64,000 nucleotides of DNA from Octopus sinensis (GCF_006345805.1 NC_042999.1:147188001-147252000); one strand, 5' to 3'; positions 37,921 through 52,231 are shown, numbered from the stretch's first letter. Translations and numbers: made by a program. The notes: generated from the letters alone by a model not told the origin.

Positions 37921-38454
37921 TTATATATATATGTGTGTGCGTGTTTGCATACATATATATGTGCGTATGCACATATGTGTGTGTGTGTATGTGTGTGTGT
38001 GTTTGTGTGTGTGTTTGTGTGTGTCTGTTCACTCTTGATCGAATTATTTTACCGTCTTCATTGGAATATCTGCTTCAGACAGGAAACTACTTAGCGTTCA
38101 ATGACATTGATCTACCTTCAATGCTTGAAATCTTCATATCTAGATTAAGTGAACTAAAAATTATCTAAGTCTTATATAAAACAAACAGGAAATACATTTG
38201 TCTTATCAGATACATATACAACATTATGCCTCTGCAAACATGACTCACTAGTTGAAACGCAACAGGAATTTTGGTCAAGTGCAAAAGTCTATATACTCAC
38301 ACTTGACAGTGAAATCATATTTTTATAAACTCTACTAATCTTGATGTACTTAAATTTCTCTTTAATCAGAGTTTGAAACGTAAAATCTATTTTAATGGGT
38401 GTAATTTCGAGTATTTTTTTATTTAGTCATTCAACACTTATATGTGCATGAAAC

Positions 38455-38502
38455 ACACTCACACACACACACACACACCACACACACACACACATACACA
38501 CA

Positions 38503-38561
<59 letters not shown>

Positions 38562-38575
38562 ACACACACACACGC
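38455..38575. repeat. (CA)n microsatellite
   Basis: Directly visible. Confidence 0.97.
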
Positions 38576-39399
38576 AAATACATTACAACTCTATATGTTT
38601 TCCAAACATAACTACCCTTCTGCTGCCACTCATTTCGCCTCTCTCTTCTCTAAGTTTATCTCGCACTCTCCTTAAAAACAATAAGTCTAAGCAGACCTAC
38701 GGATATAAGGCCACTCGTTCTTTTAAAATGCTGAATATGAATTTTATTAAGACATAGTCCGTCTACACCGTTAGAAGTTGAAGGTGCAAAGCTTATGTAC
38801 ATGTGTGTAGTGTAGTGTGCGTTGGTGTATGTATGTATCTCGTCACAGGAGTGATAGACAATAATATTTCATCATCTTTGTGACTTGTCAATACCGCGTG
38901 CTGGAAACGAGGCCAGATGCAAGCTACATCACCTTCTATGATTATATGCAAAATGGTGTAAGATCCATCTGCTGGTATTTCTCAACGTTTCATACCTATG
39001 TCTATCGCTCCTGTAACGGTTCCTGATGCATGTTATGTCCTTTGTTTGTGACTTGAGAGGTTTTAACACTAGGCAAATTCATAAGATTATATTCTCATGG
39101 TAAGCAAACTCAATATAAAATAAATTAATCAAATATAATCAAAAACACCGATAATAAAGCACCGTTCTGTTTTGTTTCTTTTTTCTTTCTATTTTGAATG
39201 CATGTATAATTTATGTATTTATTTCTCGCCATATACACATTTTCTCGCGTTGTTTTTTTTAACGATTAACCTTGAGTTACCATGATAAGGCTCACTGATT
39301 TTTTTCTCACTTGCCTTTTTAAAAACCGACCACAGTTTTTTGTCACACGCACATCTTCGCTAACTTTCCAAACCTGAACATTCAAAGGTTTCTCTTCAG

Positions 39400-40050
39400 T
39401 CTGTTTAACATACTCTCATTGTTTTTCGTTCTTATCCTTTTGTCTTATTCCACACTTGATCACCTGTCCTATAATCACTGTTTCGTAATTTCTCAGTGCA
39501 GTTCTGTAAATATTCTAGTAGGCTTCCACTTTCCATATGCACCAAATTTTCCACACAAATTAAACCTCTTCAAACCTGGTTATTCTTTAATTACAACCGA
39601 TTAATATCAGCTCTCGAATGGTGGACTCCATACACTGTCAACAATTTTCTACTTTTTCTGCCAAGTTTCTGTATATCGCCTTTGGTCCAATCTACAACTC
39701 CACATCTATAACTGAGAACCGTTAGTGCTCTTGTATTAATTGCTTCAATAACGATTTTAAATTCAATTTGGCTATAGTACATTTCTCACTCTCTATATAC
39801 ATAATGATAATTTTCTTCATTTCTTTCATGCTTTAGTTTCATCTGATTCCGGTATTCCTAAATACTTATACTATTCTCCTTTCTCAACCCTTTTCATTGT
39901 TTGCCAGTTTGGATTTCGATTCCTCAACTTCCTTTAAATCCTTATCGTTTCATTATCAATATAGCGCACTTTTAAATTCCAAATTCCATTGAGAAAATGC
40001 TTTCTGAACAGAAGAGAGATTTCTGATGGCTTTCCACATGGATCATGTTT
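39400..40050 (-). pseudogene. R4/Dong-like non-LTR retrotransposon RT fragment
   Basis: MEFGI.KCAILIMKR, YKYLGI, and AINT.A..VLSY..GVVDWTK.DIQKL.RK.RKLLT.YGVHH.RADI.RL; multiple stops. Confidence 0.7.
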
Positions 40051-40184
40051 AACAGGTTTCATTCATAGAAACAAAAAATCTTTAGACGACACAAGGAAAT
40101 GAACGAAATCAGTTATCCAATAGTGCACACAGTATGAACAAACCTGTAAACACATAACAGCATCATAATGGCTTCAAATTTTCC

Positions 40185-40590
40185 ACAAATGAAGAAATTT
40201 CGGGTGAGGGTGATAGTCGATTAAATCAACCCCAGTATTTGACTGGTACTTAATTTATCGAACTCGAAAGAATGAAAGGCTAGGTTGACATCGGCATAAT
40301 TTGAACTCAGAACACAGCGGCAGACGAAATACCGCTAAGCATTTCGTCCAGCGCGCTAACGATTCTTATTTCTTTATTGCCCAGAAGGGGCTAAACACAG
40401 AGGGGACAAACAAGGACATCCAAAGGGATTTAGTCGATTATATTGACCCCAGTGCGTAACTGGTACTTATTTAATCGACCCCGAAAGGATGAAAGGCAAA
40501 GTCCACCTCGGCGGAATTTGAACTCAGAACGTAACGGCAGACGAAATACTGCTACGCACTTCGCCCGGCGGGCAAACGATTCTGCTAACT
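40185..40590 (-). mobile_element. SINE family A (dimeric copy)
   Basis: Two reverse-complement central domains. Confidence 0.8.
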
Positions 40591-41316
40591 TGCTGTCTTT
40601 GCATAACAACGTAATAACGCTTAACCACTGGTTCAAAAATCTACATTTACATGCATTCATACATACATACACACATGCAAATCTTATATAGGCATCTATG
40701 GCTGGATGTATGCATATCAATCAATCTATAATCAGGTACGTATGTAGTGAATGAGGTACAAGATTATTTCTTAATTTGCATACATTTACACTCGCCCCTG
40801 CCCCCACACATCTGTATGACAATAATTGAGGCTTATGCATTTGTATATCTGTATTTATGGTTCTCATGATGCAACATCATTAGATTTTCACGAGCCTTTT
40901 CTTATCCTCCGCATGAAATAATTCATGTGTATGTGAGTACGAATGTGCGTACGTGTGTGTGATTGTGTTGCACGTGTGTGCATACCTGTGTCTGTTTGTG
41001 TGTATGTGTGTGTAAATAATGCCCTTTGTGAGTACAGGAAGCTAAAATGCACTTGTTTAGTTTCTTTTCATATAATTTGCAACTTGTAACAAAACAGGCA
41101 GGTTTCAAAGAAGTGCAGTTTAATCTGTATGGATTAACCGCCAATGAAGAATTTTAGAGGATTCTAAATGCGCCGCAAGGAAGAATTATACAGATGTATG
41201 TGCTGCACGAAATGTTTCATTGCAAATAATACAATGTGCATTGACACACGTTTACACCCCTCACCAACAAATACATCTCTTTCTCTTTCTTGCTCTCTAT
41301 ATCCCTCTCAACTCTT

Positions 41317-41374
<58 letters not shown>

Positions 41375-41380
<6 letters not shown>

Positions 41381-41856
41381 CAACAATTGAGGGTAAAATT
41401 AATTAATTAATTAATCAATTTCACCAAGTATTCAGTATGCAAAGGGACCATTTAAGGCGAATTCAAATTATTACATTATATAAAAGGGCTTAGTAAAATA
41501 AATTACTTTTTCGCATACTGAACTCGTTAGAAATAGCAGCTAAAAAAACTTTTTATAAAACTATTTCCAACACTTAAAGAAAACCTCTCTCATATAGTGT
41601 TTGCTCAATTCAACTCAAGGAAGTATGGGGGTAGAGACATTAAAAAATCAAATGCAAAGGTTATTTAAATAACCTTTGCATTTGATTTTTTAATGTCTCT
41701 ACCCCCATACTTCCTTGAGTTGAATTGAGCAAACACTATATGAGAGAGGTTTTCTTTAAGTGTTGGAAATAGTTTTATAAAAAGTTTTTTTAGCTGCTAT
41801 TTCTAACGAGTTCAGTATGCGGCAAAGTAATTTATTTTACTAAGCCCTTTTATATA

Positions 41857-41860
<4 letters not shown>
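41375..41860. mobile_element. 565-bp-family element forming a near-perfect 388-bp palindrome (arms 41473-41666 and 41667-41860)
   Basis: No spacer (ggttattt|aaataacc); about 2 mismatches; (TA)n on both sides. Confidence 0.92.
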
Positions 41861-41905
<45 letters not shown>

Positions 41906-42204
41906 TGAATGAATATACACATACATGTACATATTATATATATATCTGTATATATATGTATGTGTGTGTGTGTATTTCTGTGTAATATATATATATATAT
42001 ACAACTATATACGTACATGTATATATATATATATGAATATATACATACATATACAAATGTAATTATTCCACGTTTACATAAATACGTTACATACACACAC
42101 AGACACAAACACAAACACATACGTATATATATATATATATAAGAATAAAAGAATACATACGCACTCGCGCTCAGGCGTATTCTTTTATTCTTCCTTTCTT
42201 TTCT

Positions 42205-42370
42205 TTTACATGTTTCATTCATTGGCCTCCGGCCCTGCTGGAGCGCCGCATTAAATTGTTTTTTAGTCGAAGAAATTGATCACAGGATTTATTCTTTGTA
42301 AGCCTAGTACTTATTCTGCCGGGCACCTTAGCTGAACCGCTATGTTACGGAGACATAAACACACCAACAC
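42205..42370 (-). mobile_element. SINE family B 3' fragment
   Basis: Reverse complement of the family B tail. Confidence 0.6.
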
Positions 42371-43400
42371 ATTTACCGTTTTGAAAATCAACGCTTTTTC
42401 TTTAAGACTGACAGAGGGAGTTGAGTTTAACATTAGGCGTTAAGAGTCGCTCATAACGATTAAGATGGTCTACATCAAAATCCGCAATCGCGATCCGACT
42501 ATGTACACTGGGGACTTACTTCCCTTTGTCAGTCATTATGACAGTGCTTTTTGACTTTAAGTTGTTTTAACTCTTATTTTTAGCAAAAATGGTGCTAGTA
42601 AGCATCCTCCGTCAATTTTGCCTCTAGGTTCTAATTGCTAATAAGCCACCATTTTTAATTTATTTTTTACACTTTTACCGTTTTGAAATTCAGCACATTT
42701 TCAGCGGTTTTACTTATGAGACTGACAGAGGTAGTTGAATTTAACTCTACGGATTAAGAGTCACTGATGAGTCAAGACAGTAGTTTTGTGGCTTTGGTGT
42801 TGTTTGAACTGTTATTTTAACAAAAGCTGTGATAGTCAGTATCCTCTTTCATTTTTGTGACATCTCAATATATAGGTGTATCCGTCGGTGTATGTATGTA
42901 TGTATGTATGTATGTATGTATGTAGGTAAAGTCTTTAGACAATTTCGAAATGTCCTTACGAAAACGCAGAACAGGTGGCATCTAAATCTGTGTTGTATTT
43001 TAATCCGTTATTAGTAATTTTTGTAACGATATTAATATTTACTTTAATATTATGTTGTTTTATTATCTTTCAGTCTGCAATTAATGCTGTTTTTATATTT
43101 CGAACAATTACTACTTCACAAGAGAAGGCACAAAAACTGTCTTGCTTTATCGTAAGAAAGTTGGATATTTAAACATGAAGAAATTGCAAAACTAAATATG
43201 GGAAATAAGTAGCCGCACGCCAACAGTTTTGCAACTAGCATAACCAATTTTTGGAAATGGGGATGGTGCTATATTAATTGATAGGCAGCTACAACAGCAG
43301 TTCCGTTAGTTACGGTTCAAGTCGGACTTGAGTCGGTTCAAGACAGACTTATTGTATGAAGTATTATATTACATTATTAGATGCAATTTTACTTCAACTC

Positions 43401-43454
<54 letters not shown>

Positions 43455-43544
43455 CTATATATACGGGTGCGTGCATTGTGCACCTGTGTTTCTATACATA
43501 TATACGTAAACACACAATCACACAATATATGCATACATACCCTT

Positions 43545-43720
43545 TTATACTTTTACATGTTTCGGTCATTTGACTGTCGAAGAGAGTAACCCCAGGACTT
43601 ATTCTTTGTAACCATAGTATTTATTCTGTCGGTCTCTTTTAGCGAACCACTAAATTACGGTGATGTAAACACACGAACATCGGTTGTCAAGTGATGGTGG
43701 CGGGTACAAAATGGGACAAG
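43545..43720 (-). mobile_element. SINE family B 3' fragment
   Basis: cttttacatgtttcggtcatttgactg...taaacacacgaacatcggttgtcaag. Confidence 0.6.
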
Positions 43721-44799
43721 GACGCAAAACATCCAGAGAGTTAGGTGATACAAAACACAATTTCTATGCCGATATGCTGAAAATTAGACCTTAGATCGTC
43801 TAATTACGTACAATATTTTCACCATAAATACACAGCAGAAAAGGAAAGCAACTAACAGAAGTTTAAAAATTTCGTTAATATACTGACCAGTAACAACATT
43901 TTTTCTGGAAACTTTTATCTTTATATTAGTAGTAAATTTATTACCATTCATTTCAGGATTAGTAACCACTTTATGTGAGTATTCCAGACCGTCTATACGT
44001 GTGCCGGGGCTTGCTACAGAATTTGTTTCGATATATTTGAGGTACGTAAATGTACATATGACTTTGCATCCGCTGAAATATTGTTTTATAAAATTCCTTA
44101 AAGATATGTATATGTATCAGTGAATACCATTGATGTTAGTTCTTTTTACTACATTAGAAAACAAGTTTCAGCATGTTCAGTCTCGTACTTGAGCAGAAGT
44201 TTCTTTCGGTACAACATAATATGTATGTGTGCGAATGCGAGCGTTTGTGTGTCTGTGTATGCGTATGTGTTTGAACGTGTATGCATGCATGTAAATGAAC
44301 TATTTGTTACAGATGATCGAATTATTGAAAAAATCAACAAACAAATTACAACTTACCGGAGTGTATATAATTAGTATATGCAATCCTAATGACCGTGTTG
44401 GATTCACTGGGACTTTTGCAGAGTTGAATAGGTTGCTATAGGTAACAATCGAAATTCCAGCCAATCTAGCCATTCACTGATCCATCCTTCCAATCATCCA
44501 CCTACCCATCCACCCATCTATATATGCGCATAAGCATACATGTGCGCACGTACACACACACACACACACATACAGTACATGTCTATAAAAATCAATATAA
44601 TGGGGATACGTGAACTAATTTGCGTAGTGCAATAGTTTTAACACTTTAGAATACACGGTTGAAAGTGGATTCCTAAATTCACATACAGTCTGTTTAGGGT
44701 ATATATCTTAGCAATGCACTCTAAAGATGTGTAGGTACGACATCCACACTAAACCCACTTACTGAAGCAGCGTGTGTATGTTGTGCAGGTTGAAAATTA

Positions 44800-46110
44800 T
44801 ATTCGTAGGTTACTTTTCGCTACAGCTGTTCCATGGCTCATTGAAGCTCTCACAATTATTCCGACTTATATATCGTTTATAACTCCCAGAGAGATTTTGC
44901 GTGTGATAAATCTTGGCACTGCGTATCATATATGACATTTTGGTACCGTTTTGGTTTTTTAGTTAACATGTATAACTTAACAAACGTCCCACGATTTACT
45001 TTACAGTAAGTTGTATAAAGGTTAAGTTTGACAGATAAACGGTCTAATAAATCATACATGATTTTGATAGCTAAAGGTTTCTATAATCATTTTTTTAAAA
45101 TCTATTAGCTATTTCGCTAATGGTTTGGGATTCTACACATGTTAAGCAATCAAACTTACAGTTGTCGCACCACCTAATACCTGTTTTACCATTTTCGCTG
45201 AATAATTTATTCCACGTGCAATGTGAAAGGGGTGATCTATTTGCATACATTTTAAGCCTAATTTCAGCACTTTCCTTGTCTCTTTGTATACATCCTGATC
45301 ATATTCATTAGTGTGTAACCAGATCACAGCATCTTAATTTAAGTCACTGGCAATGCTTCTGCCGTTGATCAAATTAACATATTTGTGACTCATTCCGCAT
45401 CATTCTGACGAAGTATGCCAGTGCGATGTTCACTGTGTAATCGATTACAAATGCTGACAACGCACAATCCGATATTCCATTGAATTTTGTTTTCTATTAA
45501 TTGCTTGCTGTCCAGTACATGTATCTTCCTGTTAGGGTGTCCAGAATAGTAGAAAATAGTGGCTTTTATGCAAATGTTGATGAAATAGTACACATAGAGT
45601 ATTTTATATTTTCTGGCTTTCAATGTGAGCAGTTGTTGATAACGTCGTTCAAATATCGAGAATACAGAGCTATAACAATTTTAAGTAGCTAATTTTGATT
45701 TCGAAAGAGTCAAAGTTTGTTGCTACGTTTAGATGTTTTTTTATGTGGCTTTAAGTCTGGTGTTGACAATGCGTATTCTTGGTATTGATATAGCTATTAT
45801 TTATTTATGAATCTAGTCTAGTCTATCAAGTCAAATTAAGTTGCATCACATTATGAAAAAGAATATATTTTTTGCAGTTTTCAATCAATACGCTTATGAA
45901 ATACGTCGCCCACACTTGCAAATGAGTCTCCCATGATGGTGGTGGTTCCAGTTCTTTGAACAAGTTTGTTTATATGATGAGGAAGGATTTGCTGCACGAC
46001 AACAACTGTTATCAAAGGCAGCTGAATCAAGACTTTCCCGGAAACAACTAACAAGAACTATACAGATTTCCAGCCAAAGATAAATCTACCTCATTACTGA
46101 TTCTAAGCAA
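44800..46110 (-). pseudogene. Possible decayed intronless EGF / YWTD-propeller (LDL-receptor-family-like) gene
   Basis: Motif-level resemblance only, with many stops and frameshifts: signal-like MR*IYLWLEICIVLVSC, Cys pattern NSCC..QTC..LICKCG..ENCKKYILF, LDTLTGRYMYWTAS, FVIDY, HPF, and YCKVNRG..KL.ML. Confidence 0.3.
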
Positions 46111-47429
46111 TCGCTCTGTAATTACCCTTTAATTTTCTGTTTGGACAATTATGGTCGAACTCTGATACACTAATTTATATTTATACATCAAAGTCAATAC
46201 GACTGACAAAATGTGATTCTCAGGATTGTATATGTTTGCATATTTGTGTGTGTGTGTGTCTTCAGTGTACGTGTGTACATGTGTGAATGGCCTTGCGTAT
46301 GAAACAGAATAAGAGATAATCTATATTCATATATTTTCTTAGATATATCCATTGGAGGTATGTGGGTTTGTGTTTTATTTGTGTGATGCAATTTTAATTG
46401 AAAATATCTTAGTACTTTCACTCTGAAGTCATCACGGCAATAAAATTGTATGGACGCCATATATTTTTTGAGGACAAAAGCAACAATAGTTGATTGAGAG
46501 CTGAATAAATGTGGACACATATGCACACATATTTTGCGTTGGTGGTCTTTAGATCTCATGCTTTTTTTGCCTTTCACTTATTCAATCTCTCGAAGCCTAT
46601 ACACAGACCACTGTATACATAGACACATAAATGAGTGCACTTATCTGTGCAAATACACAGAAATACAGGTTATTGTATGAATGAATGTGAGTGTGTATGT
46701 AAGGGTGTATGCGTGTGTGTGTATGTATGTATATGGATGTGTGCGTATGTGTGTATGTGTGTGTGTAAATGTGCTTGTGTGTTTCAGACTGATTGTAACA
46801 AAGTAAATAGGTAATTTAACGAAACTAGCAATGAGAATTAAACAAAGATAGCTTTGAAATGAAACATATTAGAATCAGTTGGACTCAACGAATTTTTATT
46901 ATGCTTCGAAAATAATCGAACCATCATGTATTATTATCTGCAGAACTCCAAAATTTCAATAGCCTCTAAATAATTTTGGATGAACCACAAAGATTTAATA
47001 TACGTGTCACGAGATAACATAGATACGATTTCGAGACAGAAAAGAGGTGTTGCCCTCTTGCTCTTTCCGGTCTGAAATTGCTGCATAATATGTCGAACAA
47101 TATATGTTCATGTAAATATATTAACTAGAGAAGGAGGGAAATTCATTGGGTACATTTGTGAAAGAGAATTAGGATATACGTAAGAAGACAGGAAAAACCC
47201 GTAGTCTGTAACCTTTGTTTAAAGTCACTGTATGTTTCTTTGTTAGCAGCAGACATTTCTTTGTGCCTTCTGATATTTAACTGGTAATGGAATCTCTACT
47301 TTCGCTTTATTATGTAAGTTAATGAAGTGAAATGGTTGTACCGATGACCTTCCTCCTCGTCCCATTTATCTGGTTAAGTTAATGCGGTTGACATTCGACA
47401 TATGTATATCTAGTTCAATGTTTCCTTGG

Positions 47430-47890
47430 AAATTCGTAGGTGGTATGGAATTCCAGACATTTGCGCATTTTGGTAGAAAATATTGAACCAAACGTTCTCA
47501 GCGGGCTATAATAAATATCATACTAGGGAAAATGACTCGGAATAATCCGGTCGGAGTATATATAAAGATATTTGCTAGAATAGGGGAAGCAAAATAGCAA
47601 CACGAGCTGTTGAATTCATTTAAGTTTATTTTCTGTAATCTTAACATTTTTTTGTCACTGCACCCTGATCCCTGACAGATACACAGCAACTCGAATATGG
47701 AACTATGTTCTGCAATGACAATTTGATACCTCATTAAATAAATGTAACTTTTAAATGAATTCATCAGCTCTGTGGGTTCTTCAAAGGACCTTCCGTCATT
47801 AAGCTTGCACAGGTTCAACGCATTGTCTCGGATCAAAACAAGTGCAACTCCAAAACTACAGACCTCCCCCTTTTTTATTACCACGTCTTT
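47430..47890 (-). pseudogene. Highly degenerate CR1/L2-like RT C-terminal fragment
   Basis: EVCSFGV, RSFEEPTELMNSFKSYI, RLQKINL and YFLPKCANVWNSIP echo the EV.DLGV / L.LFKS..RP / RL..L.L / FF..RV...WN.LP blocks. Confidence 0.45.
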
Positions 47891-49254
47891 TTATTACACT
47901 ACCGCAAAACGTCTATCTTTCTGCTGTAGCCTGATGTGTGCAATGAAGATTAATTGATCTTCATGATTTCTGTAGCACAAATTTTCAAATTGGAAATACT
48001 TAATTTTCAATTTGAAGTGAGTTGAACTCTTTTGGAAAAAAATATGAAAGAATATTCAGTTTATTCGCAGTCATATATAATTATCACAGAAATACATATC
48101 AAATAATATTGTGTTAAAATGCAGGATATAGCATTTTGGAAAATTCAAAATTTTTTCAGTGATTATAGAGGTAAATTAATTTAAATTGTATTGTATTGCA
48201 GCAACATACCAATATAGTGTTTTAATTAAATATTGAACCATAGGATCAATTTCAAAAGATTACTGGTACTTCAATTGAATGTAAACATTGTTGATATTTA
48301 AATCGACGGAAACTGGGTGTGATAATTTACCCGCCATGTTACAAATCTTGAGTCCAAGTTCATTATAGCTAATTTATATGTTTCTCAAAGTACACTTTAA
48401 TTATTCAATTATATTGCGTAAGTCGGCAAAAGAGACATAGGAAAATTATCCATGGTAGTGGGACGCTCTGTTGTAGGAAATTCAACACCATTCCACTCGA
48501 TATGATGTATACCGGAATTCACTACTGCTTTGAACATAATTTTTAGTGAATTTTTAATTACTGTTCATAATGTGTTTACAATAATAGTTCAGTATTTAAA
48601 CCATTTGGTGTTATAAATTTCTGTAGTTCAAACTGTAAATAGACTTTACCAACTTCATACAAAACGTTACCTTTTGAACGAAGAAAAGAAATCAATATTA
48701 AAAACATGTTGGTTATTGCAACTTTTCCTGATGCCCAATTGACATTATAACTAGAAGAATGTCTAAATAAACCTGGAACATATTCAATACAATACCATAA
48801 CAGTTATGATGTATTGGGAGAGTGCCACTACAGTGCCTGTTAAGTTTATATTGGATGTTAAAAACTAAATTATATATTTCAATCGAAACGAACTTTTCAA
48901 CACATGATCACGTTGAAAGAAAACAAACTGTGAAACTATGTGGAAACCATGCCAAAAAATGTTATTATATAATACTTTTTTAATAACCATTACTAAATCA
49001 ACAAATTTCTGACTACATTCATAATTTATGCTCCAATAATTCATTTATAGTGACATGGTGTTTACTTTTAAAATGGTGCAGTATCGTAAATGGTATCCTG
49101 CCAGACTGAATATTTTCAAATATTTACTGTTGCCTCTGCATTCTGGTATGAAATATCATTGGGGTTAATTTTTCCTTTCACCTCTTGATTTAACACTAAG
49201 AAAAATTCCAATACTCGACTAGAGACCAGTACATAACAGTATATGTACACATGT

Positions 49255-49465
49255 GTGTGTGTGTGTGTGGTTGATTTCTGTTTGAGCCTGTCCCATCACC
49301 AACGCTAAAGCTTAATCAGCAGTGTTGGTTTGCTTACGTCCTCCTAAAACAGTAGTTCAGCAAAAGAGACCGACATAAAAGGGAAAGACTTAAAAATTTG
49401 TTCGACTAAACCCTTCAAAGCAGTACCCGAGCATGGTCACAATCCCAAGTAAAGAATAAAAGATA
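49255..49465 (+). mobile_element. SINE family B 3' half, decayed
   Basis: gcaaaagagaccgac...ttcgactaaa...gagcatggtcac. Confidence 0.55.
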
Positions 49466-50735
49466 ACTAAGAACTCGGTTAAAATGAAACATTTTAATAA
49501 TATTCCGTGTTATTTAAAGACATGAGTTCAAATCAGGATCAAACAGGGACACCCCCGTTAAGCTGTGCAGGGGATGCAGGGACATGAATTACGTTCCGCT
49601 TATTATAAGTGCACCCGTTTACTTAAAAATGAAGCGATGTTAAATCTTCAGCTTTGGAGGATGTAAAAACATAATTGATACTCCGAGTAATTTAAGGACA
49701 GCTGCTAAACGCCTCACGATATAAAAGCATAAGTTAAGCTCCGGTAGACGATAATTCTACGAAGAGAGCAATTCGAAAACCATTTCAATTCAAATTTGAA
49801 TAATTTCAACTGATTGTTGCAACTACTGTACTTAGAAAACCATTTTTCGTAAATGCTCTACTTCACTTTTGTAAATATGAGATAATGTTGTTAGGAAAGA
49901 AGTAATTAACTTATATAGCGTTCCTGCATCAACAAATCTTTGGGCCTTAAATATGTGTTTTTCTAAAGAATCTTCTTTAGAGGTATCAATCATCAACATA
50001 CTAGCATTGCAACAGCTGAGAATTCAATCCCCGACATACTTGTCGTAAAAAATACGATGTCCAAATTTTTGCTTCTGTACAATTGAGCGTATATAAATAC
50101 ATACGTATATATATATGTGATATACACACACAAACACACACACACACACACACACATGCACACACACACACCACATATATATATGCATATACACTCGTAC
50201 ATATACACATGCACACATACAAACATGCAGATACGCGCACACACACACACGAATCCACGAATATATATGTATATATGATTATGCATAGATTCATTTCATA
50301 TTCATATACTTAAGAATTCAGTGAATTGATGGAATTCAATATTCCTAACTTGAATCACTGAATGAATATGCTATTCTCACAACCGTGTGACTGTGCGGGA
50401 ATGGATTCAGAGAGAAACATCATTCCCCGACGCACACTCCGTGGCGATGGTCTTCCGTCGTACAGTTCGCCACGATTCTACCACCTCACCTCATGATACT
50501 GTCTTCTTTGACACCGTCGTCAAACATATTTGTGTACTTCTCCCAACTTTTTTCACACTTCAAATTTCAAATTCAAATATTCATATATTGAGAATTAGCC
50601 TGTCTTTTGTTCCCACACTTGTGCTGATACACACACACACACACACACACGTACATATATATATAATATAATATATATATATATATAATATATGTATGTA
50701 TGTATGTATATATATTATATATATATATATATATA

Positions 50736-50774
<39 letters not shown>

Positions 50775-50802
50775 TATGTATGTATATATATATATATATA
50801 TA

Positions 50803-51833
50803 TAAAACATTATTGGTGAATTGAAGAAATGGAGCTGAACGCAGATTGAACAGAAATCGTTTTATTTCATTCTACACGTGTTTCGAAAGGCACAATTATA
50901 CCAAAATCCGATTGATAATGGGACCATATTGTGTCTTTCTCTTCAGGAAGAAAAAAGGAATCCGTTGGAAAAACAAAAACGAACAGAGGCAGAGCAAAAA
51001 ACAATCGAACTGTGCTCCTAAGTCGGCTTTTTCGATGCCCCCATTGGCGGCGTTACACTTATCTGGCCTTTAAATAGCGTTTATAAATAAGACCGGCACC
51101 CATAGCCCTTGGTAACAAATTCTGAAATAGATTTTAAGATATCTACAATAACCACTGCAAGGGAAATTACTCCTGTAAGACAAACGGGGCTTGTTTTTTC
51201 ACAGCGGGGGTTTCCTTGTCAAGGCAGGCTCAGATGAACACACACACACACACATAAAACTAATATATATATATAATTTCTTTATTTTTTTTTCTTTCTG
51301 CTGCCACCCAACGGTTATCACGGCAGTAGCCACTGACAGCCGAACGTCAACGCACACACGTACACAAAAATGTTTTCTACCCCTAACGCCAACACACACA
51401 TATATAGAACAGTATACACACACACACGTCCTAAGTAGATTTTTTCTCGCCCCTTATAAACATCCAATATTCTTTAAATAGTCAGAACTTTATTCTCGGT
51501 CACAAAGAACATCTATACACCCTCACCCACATGATTGACCGATGCCTGACCTGTTGAATTCTTCAGCCACCGGTTCTCAACATACACTGATAAACAGTTT
51601 CGCCATGGGCTCTTAGGAGCACAGTTCGATTTGTTTTTTGGCTCTGCCTCTGTTCTGTTTTTGTTTTTCCAACGGATTTCCTTTTTTCTTCCTGAAGAAA
51701 AGACACAATATGGTCCCATTATTCAATCGGATTTTGGTAATTTGTGCCTTTCGAAACACGTGTAGAATGAATAAAACGATTTCTGTTCAATCTGCGTTCA
51801 GCTCCATTTCTTCAATTCACCAATAATGTTTTA
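50803..51833. mobile_element. ~1-kb non-coding element with 220-bp inverted arms (50803-51022 and 51612-51833), each with an HHR
   Basis: Arms are near-identical reverse complements; the left end abuts (TA)n. Confidence 0.9.
50870..50949 (-). ncRNA. Type I hammerhead ribozyme motif, fully canonical
   Basis: UUC-CUGAAGA-GAAAG(A)CACAA...UUGUG(C)CUUUC-GAAACAC-GUGUA-GAA. Stem II closes with G-C and stem III is the palindrome ACACGUGU. The sister copy at 51689-51767 (+) lacks one G. Confidence 0.8.
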
Positions 51834-51990
51834 ATTTCAATTATCCGCACCAACGCACGGTTTTGCAACGCCAGATGGTTGTACCTCCACCGTGCTGTTC
51901 ACTGCTGTGATTTTTGCTACTAAGGTATCGGTTAAACTTTTGATTAATCTACTACTAGATTATTCATCTTTCTATTTCACATAATATATA

Positions 51991-52021
<31 letters not shown>

Positions 52022-52189
52022 CTTATATATATATATATATAAACGGGAAGCTTTATGAAAATAGACAAAAGAACGAAGCAGGTTTACGGAACTAAACAAA
52101 AGACGAAGGCAGTGGAATACAAACACAATTGTATTAGTAGGCGCTCGGAATATAAATACACAAGTCTTTAACGTTTCGACCTGTAATAT

Positions 52190-52231
<42 letters not shown>

